64,000 bases of DNA from Nitrospinota bacterium (GTDB lineage: Bacteria; UBA8248), in the NCBI GenBank assembly GCA_036231405.1, contig JAZAHK010000002.1, positions 39,857 through 103,856 of the forward strand, in the 5' to 3' direction. The position numbers and the translations under genes are program-made. The notes beneath the pieces were generated by a model. The model had not been told where the DNA came from, did not search any database, and worked only from the letters and a program-made list of their open reading frames with translations. Below, in pieces: positions 41,830 to 50,570 of this stretch (its first letter is position 1; every line of letters begins with the position of its first letter).

Positions 41830-42807
41830 TTAAATTTTTATTTGACGAACAAACTCTTTATTCTGTAGATGCCAAGCCACTACTTTTTTTATTCCATCCA
41901 TAAATGAAGTTTTTGGAACCCAATTCAGTATTTCTTTAGCCTTCTTAATATTAGCCCATGTGGCAAAAACATCGCTTTCAAATTTATCCTTAAACTCTAA
42001 GTTCGCCTTCATTCCCGTTTCTTGTTCAATTATTGAGATAACGTCTAGTAATTTAATGGGATTGTCAGAGCCAAGATTGAAAGTTTCAAGACCAACCCTT
42101 CTAAGGGAACTGATTGTTCCTTTTGCAATATCATCAACAAAGGTGAAATCCCTTTTTTGTTGACCATCACCATATATCTGAATTGGATCACCTTCGATTA
42201 TCCATTTTATGAACCTGAAGATGCTCATATCCGGTCTTCCTGCAGGACCGTACACAGTAAAAAATCGTAAGATGCTAATATCTGTTCCAAAAAGATAATT
42301 ATATGTTTTGCAGAGGTCTTCAGCTGATTTTTTGGAAGCAGCATAAGGTGATAGGAAAATATCTGTATCGCTCTTCTCTGAAAAAGGAATTATATCAGAT
42401 TCTCCATAAATACTAGAGCTTGATGCAAGAACAAATTTTCCTATTTCAAATTTTTTGCATAATTCTAAAAGATTGAGTGTTCCTAACACATTTGTTTCAT
42501 AATAAATACGAGGATTCTCCACTGATTTTCTCACACCAGCATGAGCCGCAAGATTAATAATGGCTTCAAAATTCTTTTTTGTTTTTGATACAAATTTATC
42601 TAATATCTTGTGGTCATAAATATCAATTTCTTCATATATGAAATTAGAAAATGTTTTTAGTTGCTTCAGTCTCCATTTCTTTAGTCTATTATCATAACTA
42701 TTATTTAAGTTATCTATCCCAACTACAAGATGTCCTTCCTGTAATAGGATTTCAGAAACTCTTGAACCTATGAATCCTGAAGTACCAGTAACTAGAAAGT
42801 CTGACAA
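41830..42807 (-). CDS. NAD-dependent nucleotide-sugar epimerase (UDP-glucuronate 4-epimerase-like)
   Basis: VTGTSGFIG, AGVRKS, ASSSSIYG, YAASK, RFFTVYGPAGRPDM; start set at TTG 42807 after AAGGA. Confidence 0.9.
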   Translation of the reverse strand: MSDFLVTGTSGFIGSRVSEILLQEGHLVVGIDNLNNSYDNRLKKWRLKQLKTFSNFIYEEIDIYDHKILDKFVSKTKKNFEAIINLAAHAGVRKSVENPRIYYETNVLGTLNLLELCKKFEIGKFVLASSSSIYGESDIIPFSEKSDTDIFLSPYAASKKSAEDLCKTYNYLFGTDISILRFFTVYGPAGRPDMSIFRFIKWIIEGDPIQIYGDGQQKRDFTFVDDIAKGTISSLRRVGLETFNLGSDNPIKLLDVISIIEQETGMKANLEFKDKFESDVFATWANIKKAKEILNWVPKTSFMDGIKKVVAWHLQNKEFVRQIKI

Positions 42808-42906
42808 ATGATATTCCTTTTCTTGTAAACAATTATCGAATTTTTTATTTTTCTTAATAGAGATTTCCAAAAGTAATTGAAAAAAGACATCACATTCTAT
42901 TGAAAA

Positions 42907-44802
42907 TCAGTAATTATACTCAACTCTATTTTTATCGCACCAACGAATTAGAACAAAAAGTGCCCAAGGTCTAGACCAAAATGAGTCATTTGAAGAGGAC
43001 AAGTATGATCTCCAGATCTTAGATATTTTTTCTGGAGATAATCCTAATTTCTCTTGTATTTCTATTCCCCCAATTAAAACCTCATCTACATTCTGTTTGA
43101 GTGATGTTCGAAGCCATTGATCAAAGGGTAGAGTGAATCCCATTTTCTTTCTGTTTTTTATTTCTTCTGGTATTAGATTACCCATAGAATCTATCAAAAT
43201 TGATTTTAATCTACTATCTTTAATTTTCCACTTTCCTGGAATTTGTGATGCGAAATTGTAGACCTCTTTGTCAATAAAGGGCACTCTTACTTCTAGTGAA
43301 TTTCCCATACTCATAAAATCAGTATCTCTCAATAGAGTGTTAGTCATGTATCCTTGCATTTCTAATTCTGACATCAGATTGACTGGATCTAAATCATTTT
43401 CATTTGCATATCCTTCGATGGCAGAAGAAGTTGCAGCATGTTTTATATTTGGAAGTAGTGCTTGTCTGTCATTTTGATTTAGAAGTTGTCTAGATATTTT
43501 ATAAAGTGAATGAATATTAGGATCGCTTCCTATTAACTCGAAAGCTTTCATTTTATTGGTTGAATTTCTGAATAGAAGTTGTGCTGATTTTGCGAGTAAT
43601 CTTTTTGGTATGTTTGGTATGTATTTCAAATAGTTTAGTTTAGATATTCTTGAAAAACTCGAATATCCGGCAAACAATTCATCTGCGCCAAGGCCTGACA
43701 GAGCTACAGTAATACCTGCTTTTTTCACAGCTTTAGATATTACATAGGTATTTACCCCGTCCATTGTAGGCTGATCCATGCAATCTAAGGCTTCTGGAGT
43801 CATATTAAGAATTTCACTTTCAGAAAGTAGAATTTCAGAGTGATTTGTTTTGTATTTTCTTGCTATTTGTTTTGCGAAGATATTTTCGGTATATTTTTTT
43901 TGTTCAAACACGACACTAAAAGTGTTGATAGGCTTTTTGTTTGTCTCATGCATAAGGGCAACAATTGTACTAGAATCTATTCCTCCTGATAAAAATACCC
44001 CAAGAGGGACATCACTCATTAAGTGAGAACTTACAGAATCTCTTAAAATATTATATAAATCTTTTGAAGTCTCAGAATATGTTTTTAGACTGATTTCTTT
44101 TTCTTTTGATGTTTTCTTACCTCTAAAACTTTCTTTCCTTATACTTAGAGAATCTCCTAACTTAATTTCAAGGTACTCACCAGGCATTAATGAATAAATA
44201 TCTTCTATTATTGTATTTGGAGAAATTACTGAACCAAATTCCAGATATGATTCAAGTCCTTGTTGACTAAGTTTTCTAGGAATTAATTCACTTGCAAGTA
44301 AGGAACGAATTTCTGAGGAGTAGATAAATTGGTTTTCTTTATAGTAAAAGTAAAGGGGTTTGATTCCAAATTGGTCTCTAGCCAAAATTAATGTTTTTCT
44401 CTGATGATCCCAAATTGAAAATGCAAACATGCCTCTAATTTTTTCAAGGCATGCTATACCCCATTGATTGAAACATTTCAGAATTACCTCTGTATCGCTA
44501 GTCGATTTCCATTCCGATTTCTCTTGCATCTCATTTCTTAATCTAGAATAGTTGTAAACTTCTCCATTGTAACATATTGTATTTAAAGTTCTTGTGTCTG
44601 TCATTGGTTGATTTGCATTATGACTTAAATCAATAATCGATAGTCTAGTGTGTCCTAGGCCTATTTCCCAATTATTATGTAAGAGAATCTTTTTCCCATT
44701 ACTATCAGGACCTCTGTGTTTTTGAATACTGATCATTTTTTCTAAGATATCTGCAGTGTTGTAACTGCTTTTCTTAGAAATGATTCCAGCTATGCCACAC
44801 AT
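42907..44802 (-). CDS. asnB: Glutamine-dependent amidotransferase, asparagine synthase family (probably glycan amidation)
   Basis: MCGIAG Ntn nucleophile, HRGPD, NGEVYN, LSGGIDSS, SGLGADELF, EVRVPF; embedded in glycan locus. Confidence 0.93.
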   Translation of the reverse strand: MCGIAGIISKKSSYNTADILEKMISIQKHRGPDSNGKKILLHNNWEIGLGHTRLSIIDLSHNANQPMTDTRTLNTICYNGEVYNYSRLRNEMQEKSEWKSTSDTEVILKCFNQWGIACLEKIRGMFAFSIWDHQRKTLILARDQFGIKPLYFYYKENQFIYSSEIRSLLASELIPRKLSQQGLESYLEFGSVISPNTIIEDIYSLMPGEYLEIKLGDSLSIRKESFRGKKTSKEKEISLKTYSETSKDLYNILRDSVSSHLMSDVPLGVFLSGGIDSSTIVALMHETNKKPINTFSVVFEQKKYTENIFAKQIARKYKTNHSEILLSESEILNMTPEALDCMDQPTMDGVNTYVISKAVKKAGITVALSGLGADELFAGYSSFSRISKLNYLKYIPNIPKRLLAKSAQLLFRNSTNKMKAFELIGSDPNIHSLYKISRQLLNQNDRQALLPNIKHAATSSAIEGYANENDLDPVNLMSELEMQGYMTNTLLRDTDFMSMGNSLEVRVPFIDKEVYNFASQIPGKWKIKDSRLKSILIDSMGNLIPEEIKNRKKMGFTLPFDQWLRTSLKQNVDEVLIGGIEIQEKLGLSPEKISKIWRSYLSSSNDSFWSRPWALFVLIRWCDKNRVEYNY

Positions 44803-44842
44803 TGAGTAACCTTATAATTAGAATTTTTTCAAGAGCTTATTT

Positions 44843-46045
44843 TTAACGATGATTTTTTAGAGCATTTAAAATTCCAATGACATCTTCTTCATAACTCCAT
44901 GAATTCATTATCTCTTTAGCTTTTTTTCTCATATCAAATAGTTTTTTTGGATTTTCTATTAATTCTCTTAAGTGACTTGCTAGTTTATCAGTATCGCCTA
45001 TTTCTATCACATAACCATTTTCCCCGTTCTTAATTAAATCAGCTTGAGAGGAAAGTGCATTAGTAGAGATTACAGGCAATGAACACGCAAGGGACTCATT
45101 AACAGTTGCTCCCCAATCTCCTTTGTCGGGAAGATCAGTTCTAACGAAAATATCTGAAATTGAGTAGTACTTCACCATGTTTTCTTGATTTTGAAATCCA
45201 AGAAAGGAAACGTTATTTAATTTTTCTTTGTGAACGAATTCTTCCATAGTTTTTCTTAGGTGTCCGTCACCTATAATTAGTAGCTGTTTGTTTGGAAGGT
45301 CATTTATTTTTTTGTATGCTCTTAATAGATCTAGCGGACATTTTTTAGTTATTAATTTAGATGCAAAAAGTAACACTGTAGTCGAGTCATTGATTCCATG
45401 TTCTTTTCTGATTTCTTTTCGGTTTTTAAAGAATGATTCTGATTTTTCAAAAAAATATTTATTATCGACTGCGTATGGACAATGAAAAATCTTTTCATTA
45501 GCGATCCCATAACTTATGAAAAAATCTTTGTTTCTTGAACCTATAGAAAGAAAGGAATCTATTAAGAATTTGTATACAATTTTTAGGTATAGTTTTTTTG
45601 CTGTAAGTATTATTTTATTTCTTTGAACAATATTATCGTAAAAGTTTGAAGCAATTGCTCTTAAAAGAACTTGTGTTCCGGTTAATTTAGACGTGATGAA
45701 AGCTATTAGATTCGTGGTAGCAAAATGACCATGTACAAAAATTCCATCATACTTATTTTTTATCAACTCATAAGCAATACCAGGATTTATTTTCCCCCAT
45801 ATTGGGTTAAAACTTGGTTTGGGAGAATAGTTTTTTAAAAAAATTGATTTATATCCATCAAGTAGTTGCAAGTCCCATTTGTATTTCACACCGAATTCTG
45901 GTTCAAATTGCTCTTTTATGCCAAAGTCAGAACAATAATAGACAGTTAAATCGATTTCTGGATGTTCAGATAATCTCTTCCATAAAGGGCATTGATATTG
46001 AATAAGATGAGAGGTGAGGACCGCTAATTTGTAATTCTTTCTCAT
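44843..46045 (-). CDS. Glycosyltransferase family 4
   Basis: GT-B layout; SHLIQYQ start, KLITKKCP, GDGHL, WGATVNESLACSLPVI. Confidence 0.88.
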   Translation of the reverse strand: MRKNYKLAVLTSHLIQYQCPLWKRLSEHPEIDLTVYYCSDFGIKEQFEPEFGVKYKWDLQLLDGYKSIFLKNYSPKPSFNPIWGKINPGIAYELIKNKYDGIFVHGHFATTNLIAFITSKLTGTQVLLRAIASNFYDNIVQRNKIILTAKKLYLKIVYKFLIDSFLSIGSRNKDFFISYGIANEKIFHCPYAVDNKYFFEKSESFFKNRKEIRKEHGINDSTTVLLFASKLITKKCPLDLLRAYKKINDLPNKQLLIIGDGHLRKTMEEFVHKEKLNNVSFLGFQNQENMVKYYSISDIFVRTDLPDKGDWGATVNESLACSLPVISTNALSSQADLIKNGENGYVIEIGDTDKLASHLRELIENPKKLFDMRKKAKEIMNSWSYEEDVIGILNALKNHR

Positions 46046-47407
46046 TTATGACCTTTTTGAAATTTCTTTTCCCAAAATTGCATCTAAAATTTGAACCGCA
46101 ATTCTGTAAGTTGGGACATCTGTTTTAATTTCTAATAATTTCTTCTGTTTCATATCAATCTTTTTATATTTTTCAATATGTTCTTTTATTTCATCAATAC
46201 TTAGTTCTTTTCTCCTCTCAAAAATTCTCTCAGGGATGTCGTATAGCATTATTACCATATAAGGTTTAGGTAAAAAAAAGTAAATTAATTTTATGAACCA
46301 ATTTGGAGTAGTAACTTTAGGATTTTTCCTTGTACCTGCTAAATAATCTGAAAAGTATCTTTCCGTAATTACGAATCCTTTTTTGCATAAAATTGGTCTT
46401 ATCTTTATTAAATAGTCAAAAAGATAGTCGATTGAATAGTAAAGAAATTTTAAGTATCCCATTTTATTTTTTGAAATTGTTTTAAGTTTTTTGTCATTTT
46501 TCTCTTTGTTTTTTGAAGGTAGTTCTTTTCTCCAAAACAGAATTTCTCTCTTAGTAGGTAAGAAAGCAGGCCTAAATCCTAAATGTATGTGCGCACATAA
46601 AAAATGAAACATCTGTATTAATTCAACAACAGATTTTGATGCGGTGGATTTTCCCGATCCATCTGGTCCTATAAGGACAATAAATTTTCCTTTTGGAAAA
46701 CTATATCTATAAATTCGGCTTAACCATTTTTTGAAAAATTGGAAAAATGGGAAATACAATCTTTTTAGTTTAAATAACATGAGATATTTGTAAAAATATT
46801 TCCTATTCAATATTGTACGAGTGTTTTTAGTTTGGAAATTTCGTATTAAAGTTTCAGAAATTTTAACGGGAAAAATTTCTTTAAGAGATGTATAAAAGAC
46901 ATCCCAATCTATGTCTTTATTTTGAATTTGTGAACTAATTTTATCAGAATATTTATCCCTATTATATTCTGGGCCAAGAAGAAAATGTGCGAGAATGTGA
47001 AACAACTCCAAGGTTGGGTCAGGAATCTTAAATCCTTTTTTCGAAATTTTATTCGATTCTAAAAATCTTTTAGCAGGAAAATATTCAACACCTCCAGATT
47101 CCAGTTTGGTTACAATGTCAAGTCTGAAGAAATCAAGATCGTTTTCATCTATATAAAATAATAGAAAATACAGATTAGTTCCTCTTTGTCTGTAATCCCA
47201 ATTCAAATCTTCTGCGCAATCTTGAATGATATTCGCAACGACTTTTTTCGAGCTTTCTTCTATAAGAATGTCTATATCGTTTCGAAATTCTTCAGGAAGC
47301 AATTCATGATTTCTGAGTATACAATAGGGGACATTTTCGATATTGAATCTTTCGAGAATTGATTTTAGAAGTATAGTTTTGCTCGATTGATTTAATTTTT
47401 TCATCAA
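46046..47407 (-). CDS. Two-domain protein: N-terminal nucleotidyltransferase-like, C-terminal thymidylate-kinase-like P-loop
   Basis: YCILRN..NDIDILI in the N-half; LIGPDGSGKST and VITERYFSDY in the C-half. Confidence 0.65.
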   Translation of the reverse strand: MMKKLNQSSKTILLKSILERFNIENVPYCILRNHELLPEEFRNDIDILIEESSKKVVANIIQDCAEDLNWDYRQRGTNLYFLLFYIDENDLDFFRLDIVTKLESGGVEYFPAKRFLESNKISKKGFKIPDPTLELFHILAHFLLGPEYNRDKYSDKISSQIQNKDIDWDVFYTSLKEIFPVKISETLIRNFQTKNTRTILNRKYFYKYLMLFKLKRLYFPFFQFFKKWLSRIYRYSFPKGKFIVLIGPDGSGKSTASKSVVELIQMFHFLCAHIHLGFRPAFLPTKREILFWRKELPSKNKEKNDKKLKTISKNKMGYLKFLYYSIDYLFDYLIKIRPILCKKGFVITERYFSDYLAGTRKNPKVTTPNWFIKLIYFFLPKPYMVIMLYDIPERIFERRKELSIDEIKEHIEKYKKIDMKQKKLLEIKTDVPTYRIAVQILDAILGKEISKRS

Positions 47408-48441
47408 AGTTCTTTTATAATAGACAATAGTTCGGTAATACGTTTTGTGTAAGTGTGGTCTTCATGTGCTCTTTTGTATCCTTTATCCGCTATTTCTTTT
47501 CTTTTTTCCGGATTTGCAAGATAGAATTTAACTTTTTCATTGAGTTCATCTAAATTCCTGAAAGTTTCTATTTCTTCTCCAGGAATAAATAATTCTTCTA
47601 TTTCTTCTCGATATTCACATATCTGAAATGCTCCAGATCCAGCAGCTTCAAAAGTTCTAAGATTTATTCCTTCAACTTCACCTTGAAATGTATTTATTAC
47701 AATTTTCGCTCCGGAAAAAGCCTTGGCTTTTTCTTCTTCAGTAACAAGTTGATTTTGATGAAATTTATTGAGGTTTGTTTTCAACCATCTGGGAATAGGG
47801 GGCCCCCATATTTTCACGTCACAGTATTTAGAAAGTTCTTCAAAAATTTTAGCCCTGTAATAATAAAGATTCCCTGCGATCGTTACGTCGCATGTATATT
47901 TTTTGAGTTCTTCTTCAGAAAGGGTTATTCTTTTATGCCATTTCGGTTCACAGCACTCTGGTAGGTAAGCAGCATTTTGATTAATTCTTTTTGCCATGCT
48001 GACAAGATATTTATCTTTGAAAAATAAGTAGTCGTAACAGCCAGAAAGTAAATATTGTCTTCCAAGATTTCCAGGATGGTCCGGAAACCAACAGACTATT
48101 TTTGCGTTTGTATTTTTCTTGAGTCTCAATAGTGATTCTGGTGGAACCCAAGTGCTATGTGTGATGACAAGATCGGGTTGGAAATCTGCTGAGAGGTCAG
48201 CAATACGGTTGTATATCTTATTTTCAAAATTTGGAAATATTTTCATCGCGTAGTCTGCAAGCCGAAGTTTTAAGATAGACCATTTTTTCATTTTTCCTCT
48301 ACTTAGATCCTTGTCTAAAGAGACTTTCAATACTTTTCTTTCGTCTACAGTTAAGACCTCATTTCCAAGAGCTCTAAATGTTTCTGCTGAGCACTTAGGA
48401 AGTGAATCAGGATGTTGAGGACCTATAACGACAATTTTCAT
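47404..48441 (-). CDS. Glycosyltransferase, CgeB/YkvP-like (Glyco_trans_1_2)
   Basis: CWFPDHP, AKIVIN, NLRTFEAAGSGAFQICE, HTYTKRI. Confidence 0.82.
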   Translation of the reverse strand: MKIVVIGPQHPDSLPKCSAETFRALGNEVLTVDERKVLKVSLDKDLSRGKMKKWSILKLRLADYAMKIFPNFENKIYNRIADLSADFQPDLVITHSTWVPPESLLRLKKNTNAKIVCWFPDHPGNLGRQYLLSGCYDYLFFKDKYLVSMAKRINQNAAYLPECCEPKWHKRITLSEEELKKYTCDVTIAGNLYYYRAKIFEELSKYCDVKIWGPPIPRWLKTNLNKFHQNQLVTEEEKAKAFSGAKIVINTFQGEVEGINLRTFEAAGSGAFQICEYREEIEELFIPGEEIETFRNLDELNEKVKFYLANPEKRKEIADKGYKRAHEDHTYTKRITELLSIIKEL

Positions 48442-48456
48442 TTTTGTCCTAATAAA

Positions 48457-49743
48457 TTAGATTGAAACTACATCTTCTACATCAACAATATATATCTGAC
48501 GAGTTCCTTCATGTACAGAGTCAATACATATTTGAGTGCCTTCTTTATTCCATCTAGGATGAAGGTCCGATCTCATTGCACTTTCGTCCCAGTTAAGTTC
48601 TTTGAAGTTTTCCTTGCTCGGAAGAGAGTAATAATTGCCAATTATATGCTTTGCTTTTTTGTTTAAGTCATAAACGATTAATTGCCTGTAATGTTCAGAA
48701 TCAGCATATGTGTCAGTAACAAAAAACCTTTCATTTGGAGAAGGCATGGGATGTCCGTCATCTGTAAGAATTCCAATTCCAATTGATTCCGTTATTTTCT
48801 CTTTGTCTGTTAAAAGGAAATATCTGTCACCTACTAACTGTTGTCTTACATGTGATCTCGTTTTTCTTATTAATGTCAGAAGTTGTCTGAAAATTGGAAG
48901 AGAAAAGACGTTATGACTCCTTATTTTCGAAATCCACGGTCTGTTTCTCCCAAATGCTAAGATTCGATTAGAATTTAGCCAATTAAAGTGAGTGACAGTA
49001 ATTGGGAAAATATGGAGATCAGTACCATCAGTGTTGCTTGTGCAAAGTCGTATAGGTGAACCGCCATCTTCTGCCCAGTATCTGTGACAAAAAGCAATTC
49101 TTGAACCATTGGGATTGAATGTTATGTGTGACAAGAAGTGGTTTTTAGTTTTACTTATGTCGTAATTCCCAGTTTTGGCAACATCTGAAATAGAAATTAC
49201 AAGTTTTTTTTCTCCAGTAGAGAAATCAATACGAAAAATGCCATCATTATCTGGAATGTTAACAAAAGATGTATTCTTCTTTTGAGAATCGTAGCCATAT
49301 CCTCCTGTTTCGTAGAGCCTTTCAAAATTGATTCCTAAACCATATTCTCCATCTGGATGAATGGCATATATAGGACATTCAAAGATCTCTTTTTCAAGAG
49401 TTTCTATATTTATTTTTATAGAGCAGAATCTATCGTTTAATAGATCGTTGTAAATAATTTCCCTTTCATTTTTCGGGAACCATTGTTGTCTAGCACCTTG
49501 TTGAAAATTCCACGCATTAGTTGTTGCAATCTCTTTGAATTTGCAATCTTCATTAAGATCTATTACTCCGACGACAGCCTTGTCTGAATATACTGGAGGT
49601 CTGTCAATGAAATTAGTTTGAAGTGAAATTACATATCGGCGATCTGAACTCCATGGACAAAGATCGTGAAACCCAAAAAAATGATGTTTGGGTCCGTTAG
49701 TAAGTCTTCTTGTAGGGTAGGAAGTATTGTTTTTAGATTCCAA
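48457..49743 (-). CDS. Beta-propeller protein (TolB/oligogalacturonate-lyase-like), function unknown
   Basis: Repeated blade motifs PWSSDRR, IHPDGE, FNPNGSRIAF, HPMPSPNERF, DLHPRWN; no signal peptide. Confidence 0.6.
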   Translation of the reverse strand: MESKNNTSYPTRRLTNGPKHHFFGFHDLCPWSSDRRYVISLQTNFIDRPPVYSDKAVVGVIDLNEDCKFKEIATTNAWNFQQGARQQWFPKNEREIIYNDLLNDRFCSIKINIETLEKEIFECPIYAIHPDGEYGLGINFERLYETGGYGYDSQKKNTSFVNIPDNDGIFRIDFSTGEKKLVISISDVAKTGNYDISKTKNHFLSHITFNPNGSRIAFCHRYWAEDGGSPIRLCTSNTDGTDLHIFPITVTHFNWLNSNRILAFGRNRPWISKIRSHNVFSLPIFRQLLTLIRKTRSHVRQQLVGDRYFLLTDKEKITESIGIGILTDDGHPMPSPNERFFVTDTYADSEHYRQLIVYDLNKKAKHIIGNYYSLPSKENFKELNWDESAMRSDLHPRWNKEGTQICIDSVHEGTRQIYIVDVEDVVSI

Positions 49744-49777
49744 TCTTCTAAGGAGTTCCTTTTGGCGGATTTAGTTT

Positions 49778-50527
49778 TTAACTTTTATCGTCTTTTTTCG
49801 TGAAAAAAATTTTCTGACCTTCTATTAAAGTATATGGTTTCGAGAACCCGGGCATCGATGTAGCTCTGATATGAGTTTTTATTTTTTCTTCTGGCCAGTC
49901 TAGTTCAATTTTTTTTATATCTTCTATTTCACTCCTGTAATGGAAAGAAGAATTTCTAGATTTTTCTAATTCATTCTGTGGAATCAGAGAAAAATCATTA
50001 GATACAATTTTTGGCAGAGCATTTTTGAAAAGTTCAATTGATTTCATTTCCGTCAAACTATATAGGTCTTCAACCCAATAATCTTTTGGTATTTTAAATC
50101 GGTTTTCGAAAATTATTGCCCCACCATCAACTTGTTCTGTAAGCTGATGAATTGTTGCACCGAAAATGTCATCATTGTTTAGGATTGCAAAAGTGAATTG
50201 GTTGCACCCCCTATATTCTGGAAGGGGAGCCATATGTAAGTTAATGAAAATTTCTTTTGCTTTTTCAATATGTTTTTTTTTAAGTATTTTTTCATATTGA
50301 ACGCAGATACCAATATCGAATGGTTCAGAATCTTTGAGTGTATTAAGGTCTTTTAGTATTTTTATTCCATTTTGAATGCAAAATTGTTCTATCTCTTTTC
50401 CTCTAGGGTTCGTCAAAACGTAAGATATCTCAATGTCTAGTTCATTCTTTTTGTTGAAGATATGTTGTAAACATTCAGAACCTATTTTTTTTGATCCTAA
50501 AAAGCAGATTTTCTTCATTTTCTTCAC
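49778..50527 (-). CDS. Nucleotide-sugar N-formyltransferase
   Basis: INLHMAPLPEYRG, GATIH, VDGG formyltransferase motifs; directly downstream of DegT aminotransferase. Confidence 0.82.
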   Translation of the reverse strand: MKKMKKICFLGSKKIGSECLQHIFNKKNELDIEISYVLTNPRGKEIEQFCIQNGIKILKDLNTLKDSEPFDIGICVQYEKILKKKHIEKAKEIFINLHMAPLPEYRGCNQFTFAILNNDDIFGATIHQLTEQVDGGAIIFENRFKIPKDYWVEDLYSLTEMKSIELFKNALPKIVSNDFSLIPQNELEKSRNSSFHYRSEIEDIKKIELDWPEEKIKTHIRATSMPGFSKPYTLIEGQKIFFTKKDDKS

Positions 50528-50570
50528 TAAATGGTAATAGTCTAAAAATAATTAGGCATTATACAACTAT

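Noticed and set aside
42907-44802. AsnB as a lasso-peptide cyclase or housekeeping asparagine synthetase
   Set aside because: Intact Ntn glutaminase domain, no B protein or precursor peptide, and flanked by GT and epimerase genes; glycan amidotransferase is the simpler reading.
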